A stretch of 64,000 bases of DNA from Spirochaetia bacterium (GTDB taxonomy: Bacteria; Spirochaetota; Spirochaetia; SZUA-6; Bin103), in NCBI GenBank assembly GCA_965203055.1, contig OZ241863.1, positions 4,448,001-4,512,000 of the forward strand, written 5' to 3'. The translations under genes and the position numbers were made by a program. The notes beneath the pieces were generated by a model, which searched no databases, was not told where the DNA came from, and was given only the letters and a program-made list of their open reading frames with translations. This document shows, piece after piece, positions 8,720 to 18,063 of this stretch (positions are counted from its first letter, which is position 1; every line of letters begins with the position of its first letter).

Positions 8720-11311
8720 TTACCCGGAGGGGCCGCCCGAGTACGCCGCTCTCTCCGCAGAGCCAAGCGCTGAGAATACCGCGATAACAATACTCGTGGT
8801 TATCCGTGAGCCGCCATACCTGCTCAGTACGTCGCTGACTCCTGCCGCCTCCATCACGGCGCGAACCGGATCGCTGGCGACTATCCCGGTACCAGGAGAG
8901 GCGGGCTCCAGCAGCACTGTGGTATCGCTGTATGAGCCCTTCATGGCGTGAGAGATTGTGTTTCCACGGCGGGGCACGGGTATCATCCTGCGTCGTGCGC
9001 GCTCGATACTCTTGCGGACAGCGTCGTTAGTGTCGTCCGACCTTCCGAATCCGTAACCGACGCGTCCCCCGCGATCGCCAACTACGACCAACGTGAATAT
9101 CACATACCGCGGACTGCCACTCGCGGTCTCCGTGGTGCGCCTCCAATCCACCAGCTTCGCAAGCCATCTGTCATCTTCGATGTTGCCCGAGGAAAGGATG
9201 TTGCCGCCGCGAAGCGCTGGGGGCGCCAGCAGTGAGCGTGCCTCGCGTCGTCTTGCAACGACAGGAGTCGCCACCGAACCGGATCTAATCCGCACCAAGT
9301 CAATCGCGTCCTGCGGATGACTTCGTGGACGTAGTCGAATAACGTTGTGCCTTCCGGGTTCGGCCAACGACGCGAAGGGCCTGCGCCATAGTCCAAGCTT
9401 ATCGAAGGGGTTCGGGATGATGTGACCCTTGAAGTCGATATCGGTCGGCTGTTCGGGACAGCGTACGATGATATGCGAAGCAGATTTATCTTGAGGGACG
9501 TCCAGTTCCGTACCAAGCAGCAAGGGATATTCCTTCCCCGTACTAGTGCGGACGAATATGGAGATTCCTGGAGGCGGGAATGTGAACGAGACAACTCTCC
9601 GGTCAACTGAGAAGGCAAGTATAGCGCGCAGATATCGCGCATCCTTTTGCAAGCTAAGCCGTCCGTCAGCCGTCCTTGTCAAGTGCTTAAGATGTGTCTT
9701 TGCAAGGTTTTCCGGAATCGATTCCGCATCGAACACAGCTTGGTCACGCAAGCCTCTGAGACTTGGCCAGTACCAGAATCCGTACCGATTCAGCGCCCGA
9801 TTCTGACTCTTGACGTGTAACGAAATCCTTACCTTACCGAACGGTCCGCGTGTGGGGAGGTTCAGTGGTGCAACAAGGTCTCCGCTGGGCCGTATGTGTA
9901 CGGGAATACGTGATATGAAGTGCATGCCGTATTCCAATTTGATCTCGAGGTTGTCGCTCAGGCCACTCACGTCTCCCCTCAGAACAACGGTACGGGGTTC
10001 TGCCAGAAGCAATCCGTCGGCGTGGCGTGCGACTCTGCAGCCGTCGACTTCCAGGTGAAGGCGGGGATCAACCTGAGCATTTAAGCAGGCGTCTCCTTGA
10101 GAAATGCACAAATCCTTCGAGCTCTCAGGATACAAGACGTACGCGTTCTGGCCAAGTTGATATGCGTCCTCTCCGTTGACCCGAAATAGCCGCATCGACA
10201 CCAGAGAGATCGAACCGGCGGGAATGCGCGGTACGCTGCGTGCTTGATGATTCAGCACTCCTTTGAGCCTGCCGGAGTCGCCATCGAACAGGAGAATGTC
10301 GGCTTGTGGATCTTTGAACAGCGGCAGGGACTGCCAGTTATTTCGCTCAGTGCTAGCCTGCCAGCGAACGCAACGCGGCCAGGGAGGTGACAAGACTGTG
10401 CCCTCTTGTGGATTCAAGGGTCTCGGCGGCTGGCTGGAATTGATGTCGACTTCAAGCGATTGCCCACGAGGCGCGGCTTCAATGCACAGCTCGCCGTCGC
10501 GGAACGTCAAGCAGGGTGGACGAGGCGCCGGACCATGTCCCCCGCTCAGTTCTTTGATTTCGTGGAGGACCCGGCGTTCGAAGTCGGTTGTGGGTTGGTC
10601 CCATTCTCGGAGTCGAACGTAGACGGTAGCGTGATAGCCGGTCGAATCCTCGCCAAGTATTTTGCGCAGCCTTGTCAAGTGTGTCGGAACGTGCTCCATC
10701 GCCTGCTCTTCCCATGACTTGACTTCAGCGGTGTCCTCGCAATCCGGCAGACCGGATTTTCGTTCGACACGCAGGAACGCGTCCACAAGCGGCCTGATCT
10801 GGCTGTGGGGAACACCAGCCTGAAACAGATAGTCGCCAATCAAGTCCTGCGTGCCGGGATACTTCGGCGGGAGTATGAGGCCATGTTCATTGCAGGCGCG
10901 TCGAAATCGATCATTGAAAGAGTCGCGGCGGTTCGTCGAGATCTCCATGCCGAGTCGGTGGGAGATCGGACCATAGCTCGCGTGGTCGGTATCCGGGCCG
11001 TATTGCTCCGCAAGAGTGGTTGCGACGGCCCAGACTGCGAGGAGGGGGTATTGTACGGTCACGTAATCAAGGAAGTTATCTGTTACTCCCCCGATTTCGG
11101 CTACTAGCGCGTGCTCGACGTCGCTGCGCATCGGCTCCGGTATGTCGTGGTGACCGATGAAGGGCGATCCATGTTCCCGTGCCAAGTGCCTTCGCAGTCT
11201 CTGTTCGGCTCCGGCGAGGGCCGCCATCCGCATCTCGTAGCTGGTTGGCATCGGTGGTATTGACTGTCCCGACCATGAGCCACTGGCGTCGTGGCCAAGT
11301 GACATTACCAT
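8720..11311 (-). CDS. Large helicase-partner protein (DruH-like by position, uncertain) with a C-terminal ribosomal protein uS5-like domain; start could be 11311 or 11233
   Basis: Long ORF ending 26 bp before the helicase start. The last ~150 aa align by eye with uS5 (LVVVGDRGGRVGYGFGRS, PASPGTGIVA, RAVMEAAGVSDVL). Confidence 0.75.
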   Translation of the reverse strand: MVMSLGHDASGSWSGQSIPPMPTSYEMRMAALAGAEQRLRRHLAREHGSPFIGHHDIPEPMRSDVEHALVAEIGGVTDNFLDYVTVQYPLLAVWAVATTLAEQYGPDTDHASYGPISHRLGMEISTNRRDSFNDRFRRACNEHGLILPPKYPGTQDLIGDYLFQAGVPHSQIRPLVDAFLRVERKSGLPDCEDTAEVKSWEEQAMEHVPTHLTRLRKILGEDSTGYHATVYVRLREWDQPTTDFERRVLHEIKELSGGHGPAPRPPCLTFRDGELCIEAAPRGQSLEVDINSSQPPRPLNPQEGTVLSPPWPRCVRWQASTERNNWQSLPLFKDPQADILLFDGDSGRLKGVLNHQARSVPRIPAGSISLVSMRLFRVNGEDAYQLGQNAYVLYPESSKDLCISQGDACLNAQVDPRLHLEVDGCRVARHADGLLLAEPRTVVLRGDVSGLSDNLEIKLEYGMHFISRIPVHIRPSGDLVAPLNLPTRGPFGKVRISLHVKSQNRALNRYGFWYWPSLRGLRDQAVFDAESIPENLAKTHLKHLTRTADGRLSLQKDARYLRAILAFSVDRRVVSFTFPPPGISIFVRTSTGKEYPLLLGTELDVPQDKSASHIIVRCPEQPTDIDFKGHIIPNPFDKLGLWRRPFASLAEPGRHNVIRLRPRSHPQDAIDLVRIRSGSVATPVVARRREARSLLAPPALRGGNILSSGNIEDDRWLAKLVDWRRTTETASGSPRYVIFTLVVVGDRGGRVGYGFGRSDDTNDAVRKSIERARRRMIPVPRRGNTISHAMKGSYSDTTVLLEPASPGTGIVASDPVRAVMEAAGVSDVLSRYGGSRITTSIVIAVFSALGSAERAAYSGGPSG

Positions 11312-11392
11312 AGTATTGATCGCTTTCCGGCGCAACCGGCGGTCAGCCGCCGCAGGCGGCAGATGTCCCGGTGTGCGCCGCACTGGTTGTTC

Positions 11393-11449
11393 TTGACCGC
11401 ACGGCGGGCGCGCGCGTATGTTCTAAATAAGACTTGGCAAGTCCTATTT
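11393..11449 (+). promoter_or_regulatory. Second sigma70 promoter plus IscR-type operator upstream of sufD
   Basis: TTGACC (11393-11398), 18-bp spacer, TATGTT (11417-11422), palindrome AAATAAGACTTG-G-CAAGTCCTATTT (11425-11449). Confidence 0.7.
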
Positions 11450-11568
11450 CGTACGGTACACGGTGGGTCAGGCAGAGGCATGGAGATGACAGTCCGCAGC
11501 AGGGGTTTACGCACCGATAAGGCGCGCCGCGTCGCCGCAGGCGGCGCCGGTAACGGAGTGGGGCGCTG

Positions 11569-13017
11569 ATGGCGGCAAGGAGCGCCGCGTCCGAACAAGG
11601 CGCGGCCGAACGCCCGGCGGTTCCCCATAACGGGAACGTTGCGCCCTACGTGGAGCAGTTCCGGCGGCTGTACCGGGAGCAGGGCGCCGGGCTGGCGGTG
11701 GACGCCGCCGACTCGGCGACACGGACCGAGGCGCTGGAGGAGCTGAGCGCCTTCGGCTTCCCGCTACGCCGCGACGAGGAGTGGGCGCACACGCCGGTGC
11801 GGACGGTGGTAGAAACGGCTTACCGGCTGGGCGGGGGGGCAGCCGCGGCGAAAGTGTCTGCCGGCGGCGTCGCCGTGGCACTGGTCGAGGAGGACCCGAT
11901 CGCGTTGCTCACGGTGAACGGCGTGGTAAGCAACGGCCGGCTGGGGAACGGCCTGCCCGCGGCCGGCGTAAGTATCGGCAGTGAAAGGAGCCTGGCTGCA
12001 ACGGCTAGTATCGGTACGGGCGGGGGCATTGTCCGATCCGACGGCGCCGCAACGGTAAACACTTTCACCCGGCCCACCGGCGATGCGTTCACCAAGTTGG
12101 CGCGCGTATTCGGCAACCGGGTAGACCTGGGGTTGGATGCCGATGCGAGCGCAGCGCCGGTTCATCTGGTGCACCTCACCGAAGCCGGGGTGTTGAGCGC
12201 GCCGCGGGTGCGGCTGCAGGTCGCGGCCGGCGCGCGGGTGACGCTGGTGGAGACGTTTGCCGCGGCGAACGGCGAGCCGGAGGCGGGCGCGCCCTCCCTG
12301 ACCTGCGGTGATACGGAGATTTACCTCGGCGCCGGGGCGGAGCTGACCTACGTGCGGGTGCAGGCCGCGGCGGAAGGCGCCTTCGATCTTGGCAGCACCA
12401 CGGTGGTGCAGGAGCGGGACAGCGAGCTGCGCGCGCTGAGCGTGGCGGCTGGCGCGCGGCTGGCGCGCCATACCCTCAACGTGCTGGCGGCCGGGCCGGG
12501 CACCTCCAGCCGGCTGGGCGGGGCCGGCGTGGCCGGCGGCGGCGGTGCGGGGAACGCCCCGGCCGCTACGCCGCAGGTGATCGACAACCACATCTACCTG
12601 GAGCACGCCGCGCCGAGCTGCACCAGCCGCCAGTTGTACAAGATGGTGCTGGGCGGCGGCGGCCACGGCGTGTTCTCCGGGCGCATCCTGGTACGTCCGG
12701 CCGCGCAGCAGACCGACGCGTTCCAGCTCAACCAGAACCTGCTGCTGGACGATGCGGTGGTCGACACCAAGCCGCAGCTCGAGATCGGCGCGGACGACGT
12801 GCGCTGCACCCACGGCGCCACTACCGGGCGCCTGAACGAGGACCAGATGTTCTACCTGCAGACCCGCGGCGTGCCCCGGGCCGCGGCCGGGCAGATGCTG
12901 GCGCGCGGTTTCCTGGACGAGGTGGTGGGCGAGCTGCCGGCTGAGGCGCTGCGCCCGCGCCTGCTGGCGCTGCTGCACCGCCGCCTGGACCGCCTCGCGT
13001 GGAACGCGCCGGCATGA
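11569..13017 (+). CDS. sufD: Fe-S cluster assembly protein SufD
   Basis: GFPLRRDEEWAHT, HAAPSCTSRQLYK, QQTDAFQLNQNLLL, DTKPQLEIGADDVRCTHGATTG. Confidence 0.93.
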   Translation: MAARSAASEQGAAERPAVPHNGNVAPYVEQFRRLYREQGAGLAVDAADSATRTEALEELSAFGFPLRRDEEWAHTPVRTVVETAYRLGGGAAAAKVSAGGVAVALVEEDPIALLTVNGVVSNGRLGNGLPAAGVSIGSERSLAATASIGTGGGIVRSDGAATVNTFTRPTGDAFTKLARVFGNRVDLGLDADASAAPVHLVHLTEAGVLSAPRVRLQVAAGARVTLVETFAAANGEPEAGAPSLTCGDTEIYLGAGAELTYVRVQAAAEGAFDLGSTTVVQERDSELRALSVAAGARLARHTLNVLAAGPGTSSRLGGAGVAGGGGAGNAPAATPQVIDNHIYLEHAAPSCTSRQLYKMVLGGGGHGVFSGRILVRPAAQQTDAFQLNQNLLLDDAVVDTKPQLEIGADDVRCTHGATTGRLNEDQMFYLQTRGVPRAAAGQMLARGFLDEVVGELPAEALRPRLLALLHRRLDRLAWNAPA

Positions 13018-14267
13018 GCGCCGCCACCCGCGCGCCGGCGGCGGCCCCGGCGCTGGACGTCGCCGCCATCCGCGCCCAGTTCCCGGTGCTCGCCCGGCAG
13101 GTGCACGGCAAGCCGCTGGCCTACCTCGACAACGCCGCCACCACGCTGAAGCCGCAGGCAGTGATCGAGCGCCTGCACCGGCACTACGCGGCCGAGACCG
13201 CCAACATCCACCGCGGCGTCCACTACCTGAGCGAGCAGGCCACCGCCGCCTACGAGCAGACCCGGGAGCGGGTACGGGCGTTTCTCGGCGCCGCCGAGCC
13301 GGAGGAGATCATCTTCACCAGCGGCACCACCGACTCGATCAACCAGGTGGCGCTGGCCTGGGGCGGCGCCAACCTGGGCCCCGGCGACGAGGTGGTGATC
13401 ACCTGGATGGAGCACCACTCCAACATCGTGCCGTGGCAGATGCTGGCCGAGCGCACCGGCGCGGTGTTGCGCGTGGCGCCGATTTCCGACCGCGGCGAGT
13501 TGCAGTGGGAGTCTCTGCTGGAGCTGCTCGGGCCGCGCACCAGGCTGCTGGCGGCGGTGCACGTGTCCAACTCGCTGGGCACGATCAACCCGGCCACGGA
13601 GCTGGTGCGGGCCGGCCACGCGGTGGGCGCGCGGGTGCTGCTGGACGGCGCCCAGGCCGCGGCGCACCTGCCGGTCGACGTGAGGGAACTGGACGTGGAC
13701 TTCTACTGCTGCTCCGGGCACAAGCTGTTCGGCCCGACCGGCACCGGCGTGCTGTACGGCAAGCGCGAACTGCTGGAGGCGATGCCGCCGGTGCGCGGCG
13801 GCGGCGAGATGATCAAGTCGGTCACCTTCGCCAAGACCACGTACGCCGACCTGCCGAACCGGCTGGAACCGGGCACCCCGCACATCGCCGGCGTGATCGG
13901 GCTGGGCGCGGCGCTGGAGTGGATCTCGAACCTCGGTCTGGAGCGCATCCGCCGCCACGAGGAGGAGTTGCTGGCGGAAGCCGAGGCCGCGCTGCGCGCG
14001 ATCGAAGGGGTGCGCATCATCGGCAACGCGGCGCGCAAGTCGGCGATCCTCTCCTTCACCGTGGGCGACGTGCATGCCCACGACGTCGGCACCATCGCCG
14101 ACCGCGAGGGAGTGGCGCTGCGTACCGGCCACCACTGCACCCAGCCGGTAATGGAGCGGTTCGGGGTGCCCGCCACCGCGCGCGCGGCGTTCTCGGTATA
14201 CAACGACCGTTCCGACGTGGCGGCGCTGGCGCGCGCGGTCGACAAGGTGCGCGAGGTGTTCGGATGA
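13014..14267 (+). CDS. sufS: Cysteine desulfurase SufS
   Basis: YLDNAATTLKP, EHHSNIVPW, SGHKLFGPTG (PLP Lys), RTGHHCTQP. Confidence 0.97.
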   Translation: MSAATRAPAAAPALDVAAIRAQFPVLARQVHGKPLAYLDNAATTLKPQAVIERLHRHYAAETANIHRGVHYLSEQATAAYEQTRERVRAFLGAAEPEEIIFTSGTTDSINQVALAWGGANLGPGDEVVITWMEHHSNIVPWQMLAERTGAVLRVAPISDRGELQWESLLELLGPRTRLLAAVHVSNSLGTINPATELVRAGHAVGARVLLDGAQAAAHLPVDVRELDVDFYCCSGHKLFGPTGTGVLYGKRELLEAMPPVRGGGEMIKSVTFAKTTYADLPNRLEPGTPHIAGVIGLGAALEWISNLGLERIRRHEEELLAEAEAALRAIEGVRIIGNAARKSAILSFTVGDVHAHDVGTIADREGVALRTGHHCTQPVMERFGVPATARAAFSVYNDRSDVAALARAVDKVREVFG

Positions 14268-14758
14268 GCATTCCGGCCAGCGAGCTGTATCAGCAGGTGA
14301 TCCTCGATCATAACCGCACTCCGCGCAACTGGGGCGCGCTGGAGCAGCACACCCACCACGCCGAGGGGCACAACCCCCTGTGCGGCGACCGCTACGTGGT
14401 GGCGGTCAGGCTGGCTGCCGACGGCACCATCGCCGACCTCCGCTTCCAGGGTTCGGGGTGCGCCATTTCCAAGGCCTCGGCAAGCATGATGACCGACGCG
14501 GTGAAGGGCCGCCCGCGGGCCGTTGCGGAACGGCTCGTGGAGCAGTTCCGCGGGCTGGTGACCGGCGCCCTGGACCCGGCGCGCGACCCGCACCAGCTCG
14601 GCAAGCTCAAGGTGTTCAGCGGCGTCCGCCAGTTTCCCGCGCGGGTGAAGTGCGCCCTGCTGCCTTGGCACACGCTGCGCAGCGCTCTCGACGGTCATGG
14701 CCGGGCCACCACCGAGGCCGCGCCGGACTCTTCCACAAAACGAACCAAGGAGCAGTGA
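14264..14758 (+). CDS. sufU: SufU/IscU-type sulfur-transfer scaffold
   Basis: LYQQVILDH, NPLCGD, GCAISKASASMM, RVKCALLPW. Confidence 0.93.
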   Translation: MSIPASELYQQVILDHNRTPRNWGALEQHTHHAEGHNPLCGDRYVVAVRLAADGTIADLRFQGSGCAISKASASMMTDAVKGRPRAVAERLVEQFRGLVTGALDPARDPHQLGKLKVFSGVRQFPARVKCALLPWHTLRSALDGHGRATTEAAPDSSTKRTKEQ

Positions 14759-14759
14759 C

Positions 14760-15332
14760 ATGGGCGTGGCGATTCTGACCCAATTCACCCCCAACCCGAA
14801 CGCGATGAAGTTCATCCTCAACCGCGACGTGAAGTCCACCGGCAAGGTGACCTTCCGCAGCACCGAGGAGGCGGCCGGCATCACGCTGGTCGAGGCGCTG
14901 TTCTCCCTCGTCGTGGTCGAGCAGGTGCACCTGTTCGAGAACGTGGTCACGGTGACCAAGGTCGAGCAGGCGCCGTGGGAGGACGTCGCCGACTGGGTCA
15001 AGGAGGTGCTGGGCAACCACGTCGAGGAGCACGACCCCGACTTCGAGGTGGATGCCGCCGGCAGCGGCGGGCCGGTGAGCCACGTGCGCGCCGACCAGCC
15101 GCCCGAAGTGCAGCGGATCGAGGAGGTGCTGGACCGTACCGTGCGCCCCTATCTGCAGGGCGACGGCGGCGACCTGGACGTGCTGGCCTTCGAGAACAAC
15201 CGCGTGGTGGTGAACTACGTCGGCGCCTGCGGCACCTGCCCGGCATCGGTGTCGGGTACCCTGCAGGCCGTCCAGAGCGTGCTGCGCGACGAAGTAAACC
15301 CCGAAATCGAAGTAGTATCCGCCGCCGGCTGA
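14760..15332 (+). CDS. NifU/Nfu-family Fe-S carrier (Nfu_N + NifU-C)
   Basis: TPNPNAMKF N-terminal domain; VRPYLQGDGGD...GACGTCP. Confidence 0.92.
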   Translation: MGVAILTQFTPNPNAMKFILNRDVKSTGKVTFRSTEEAAGITLVEALFSLVVVEQVHLFENVVTVTKVEQAPWEDVADWVKEVLGNHVEEHDPDFEVDAAGSGGPVSHVRADQPPEVQRIEEVLDRTVRPYLQGDGGDLDVLAFENNRVVVNYVGACGTCPASVSGTLQAVQSVLRDEVNPEIEVVSAAG

Positions 15333-15413
15333 GCGACTGAGCCGGCCAACGGCGGCTTCGAGAACTGAGCGCAATACGGGGGCTGGTTCGAGCACGGCAA
15401 GACACGGTGAGAG

Positions 15414-16550
15414 ATGAGTACACCGGCGATATTTGGGCGGCTGGATGAGGCGGGGATAGCCGTACGCTTGGCGAGTTATTCGGCGTTGGACCGGTACTTC
15501 GCCGGACCGGGGCGGAACGGCGCCGCGGGCGTGCTGTACGTCACCGCCGATGCCACGCTGGCCGAGCTGGCGCGGGTGTTCGACGAGTTGCAGTTTGGCG
15601 GTTACCCGCTGGCCGACGCGGTCGCCGTGCATGCGGGGACCCGGCTGTGCGTGCGCTGCAGCGACAGCGCGGAGTCGAACGGCTATCCCTTCACCGTGCT
15701 GGACCTGCAGTTCGACCCGCGGCGCGAGGTGTTCCTCGATCCGCGCGGGGTGTACGGCGACCTGCGCAAGGAGGCATTGGTGGCGCGCGCCAGCGGCTTG
15801 GCGTGGTGGCAGGTGATCGCCGAGGCGGCGCAGGCCGTTTCCCGCTATCACTTTACCGCCGACCTGGAGCGCGCGTTGCTGCCGGGGCCGGCGCCGCCGG
15901 TGCCGGCGGCCTATCAGCGCCACCTGCTGGAGGGGATTCTGACCAGCGCCGCGCCGGCCAAGGGGCTGCGGTTGCTGCATGAGAGCGGCATCGTGGCCAG
16001 TTGGTGGCCGGAGCTGGCGGCGCTGGCGGCGGTCCCGCACACCAAGGACTACCACCCGGAAGGAGACGTCTGGGAGCACACCCTGGCTACCTTCGCCCAC
16101 CGCAAGGAACCCGACCTGGTGCTGTCGCTGGGGCTGCTGCTGCACGACGCCGGCAAACCGCGCGCGGTGCCGCAGGGCGACAAGCGCTTCTTCGCCCACG
16201 CCGAGATCGGCGCCGGGGTGGCCCGGCGCTTCCTGCGCCGGCTGGGGTTCGCGCCCGACCTCGTCGCCGCGGTGGAGTTTCTGGGGCGCAACCACATGCT
16301 GCCGGCCGCCCTCGGCCGGGTGCGCGCGGAGCATGCCGAGGAGCTGATGGAGTCGCCCCTGTTCCCGCGCCTGCTGGAGCTGTACCGCGCCGACATGCTG
16401 GCCACCTTCGCCAGCCCGGAGCCCTACTACCAGGCCTGCCGCCTCTACCAGCGCCACCTGCGCGGGCGCCCGCTCCCGCAGCGCACCGCCGCCGCGTCGC
16501 GCCGGCGCGGCCCCCGTCCCCGCCCGCGCGCCCGCCGCTTCCGGGGATGA
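15414..16550 (+). CDS. HD-domain protein related to tRNA nucleotidyltransferase/poly(A) polymerase
   Basis: FLDPRGVYGDL, WPELAAL...YHPEGDVWEHTL, LLHDAGKP, FFAHAEIGA. Confidence 0.8.
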   Translation: MSTPAIFGRLDEAGIAVRLASYSALDRYFAGPGRNGAAGVLYVTADATLAELARVFDELQFGGYPLADAVAVHAGTRLCVRCSDSAESNGYPFTVLDLQFDPRREVFLDPRGVYGDLRKEALVARASGLAWWQVIAEAAQAVSRYHFTADLERALLPGPAPPVPAAYQRHLLEGILTSAAPAKGLRLLHESGIVASWWPELAALAAVPHTKDYHPEGDVWEHTLATFAHRKEPDLVLSLGLLLHDAGKPRAVPQGDKRFFAHAEIGAGVARRFLRRLGFAPDLVAAVEFLGRNHMLPAALGRVRAEHAEELMESPLFPRLLELYRADMLATFASPEPYYQACRLYQRHLRGRPLPQRTAAASRRRGPRPRPRARRFRG

Positions 16551-16674
16551 TCTGCCGTAGTGGCGAGCTGCGGCGGTCGGCTGCTGCCTCCGCGCCCGGC
16601 CGACTACCCGGCGCCGCCGGGCGGGAGCTGGATGGTGCGTCCTCCGCCCGGGTGGGCAGCTTGGCCGGTGCGCC

Positions 16675-18030
16675 TCACCGGCCGGCGGGCGCGGCGGAAC
16701 TTCGTTCCAGGATGAAGGCGCGCAGCTCCGGGAAGCTCGGCGCCAGCGGCGTGGCCTGCTTGGGCCGCTCCAGGAGTTCTTGCAGCGGCGCCGGTACGGG
16801 CGGCGTGACGCCGGTAGCGCGACGCACCGTTTCCGGAAACTTGCCGGCATCGGCGGTAGCCAGCACCACGACCGGGGCGCGCTCGCCGCCGGGAGCCGCG
16901 GCCGCGCGCAGCCGGCGGGCGGCGGCAATGCCCACCGCGGTGTGCGGGTCCACCAGCCGCCCGTCATCCTCGTACACCTGCCGGATGGTGGCCAAGGTCT
17001 CGGCGTCGCTCACCGCGCAGCCCCGCAGTCCGGCCTGGAGCGCCGCCGGATCGTTGTTCCAGCGCGCCCGGATGCGCTCGAAGTTGGATGGTTCGCCGAC
17101 GTCCATGGCGTTGGACAGCGTCGCGAAGCTGGCATGGGGGCGCCACGCGCCGGTCTGCAAGTACTGCGGCACCACGTCGTTGCGATTGGTGGCGGCCCAG
17201 AAGCCGGCGACCGGCAGCCCCCACTGCGCGGCGTATACCCCCGCGGTCAGGTTGCCGAAGTTGCCGCTGGGAACGCAGAAGCGGGGCCGGCCGCGGGCGC
17301 GCAGCCGCAGGCCGGCGAAGACGTAGTAGAACGCCTGCGGCAGCAGGCGGCCGAGATTGATCGAGTTGGCCGCGCACAGCCGCGCCGCCGCCACCAGCGC
17401 GGAATCGGCCAGGGCGCGCTTCACCAGCCGCTGGCAATCGTCGAACGAGCCGGCGACCTCCAGGGCGTGAACGTTGTCCCCCAGGGCGGTGAGCTGCTGC
17501 TCCTGCAGGCGGCTGATACGGCCGGACGGATAGAGCAGCACCACCTCGACGCCGGCGCGCCGCCAGAACGCGCGCGCCACCGCGCCGCCGGTGTCGCCGG
17601 AAGTGGCCACCAGCACCACGGCCCGGGTGCCGCCGGAGTCCCCGCCCAGTCCCTGCTCCAGCAGGGTTGCCAGGAAGGCGGCGCCGAAGTCCTTGAACGC
17701 GCAGGTCGGGCCGTGAAACAGCTCCAGCAGGGCGATGTCGTCGCTGAGCCAGCTCACCGCCGGGGCAAAGGGAAACGCGGTCTGGGCCAGCGCGCGCGCC
17801 GCGCCCGCGGGCCCGGCGCCGCGCCCGGCCAGCTCCTCGGCGAACAGCGCCGCGCCAAGCGCCGCCGCCACCTCTACGAACGGCGCCTGATCCGGGAGGG
17901 CGGCGATCTCCCGCCGCAGGTCCGGCGCCGGCGCCGGCTGGTAGAGGCCGCCATCGGGCGGCAGTCCGGCCAGCAGCGAGGCGCTGAACGACAGCCGCGC
18001 CGCGGCGTTGCGGGTAGAGCAGACCTGCAC
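16675..18030 (-). CDS. thrC: Threonine synthase
   Basis: LELFHGPTCAFKDFG, ATSGDTG, ANSINLGRL, VPSGNFGN, DPHTAVG. Confidence 0.96.
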   Translation of the reverse strand: MQVCSTRNAAARLSFSASLLAGLPPDGGLYQPAPAPDLRREIAALPDQAPFVEVAAALGAALFAEELAGRGAGPAGAARALAQTAFPFAPAVSWLSDDIALLELFHGPTCAFKDFGAAFLATLLEQGLGGDSGGTRAVVLVATSGDTGGAVARAFWRRAGVEVVLLYPSGRISRLQEQQLTALGDNVHALEVAGSFDDCQRLVKRALADSALVAAARLCAANSINLGRLLPQAFYYVFAGLRLRARGRPRFCVPSGNFGNLTAGVYAAQWGLPVAGFWAATNRNDVVPQYLQTGAWRPHASFATLSNAMDVGEPSNFERIRARWNNDPAALQAGLRGCAVSDAETLATIRQVYEDDGRLVDPHTAVGIAAARRLRAAAAPGGERAPVVVLATADAGKFPETVRRATGVTPPVPAPLQELLERPKQATPLAPSFPELRAFILERSSAAPAGR

Positions 18031-18063
18031 GCTAGCGGCGTTCCTCGCGCCGGCGGCGCTCCC

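Larger units (their letters stand above)
3792..11390 (-). mobile_element. Horizontally acquired two-gene island between sufC and sufD (no integrase seen)
   Basis: Opposite strand, visibly lower GC and more A/T-ending codons than the flanks, and it interrupts the conserved sufC-sufD adjacency. Confidence 0.6.

Noticed and set aside
8720..9180. Stand-alone rpsE gene
   Set aside because: No start codon or RBS at the domain boundary, continuous reading frame with the upstream protein, no spc-operon neighbours, and the conserved KGGR loop is lost.
3792..11390. IS/transposon or prophage origin for the island
   Set aside because: No transposase, integrase, phage gene or terminal inverted repeat recognised.
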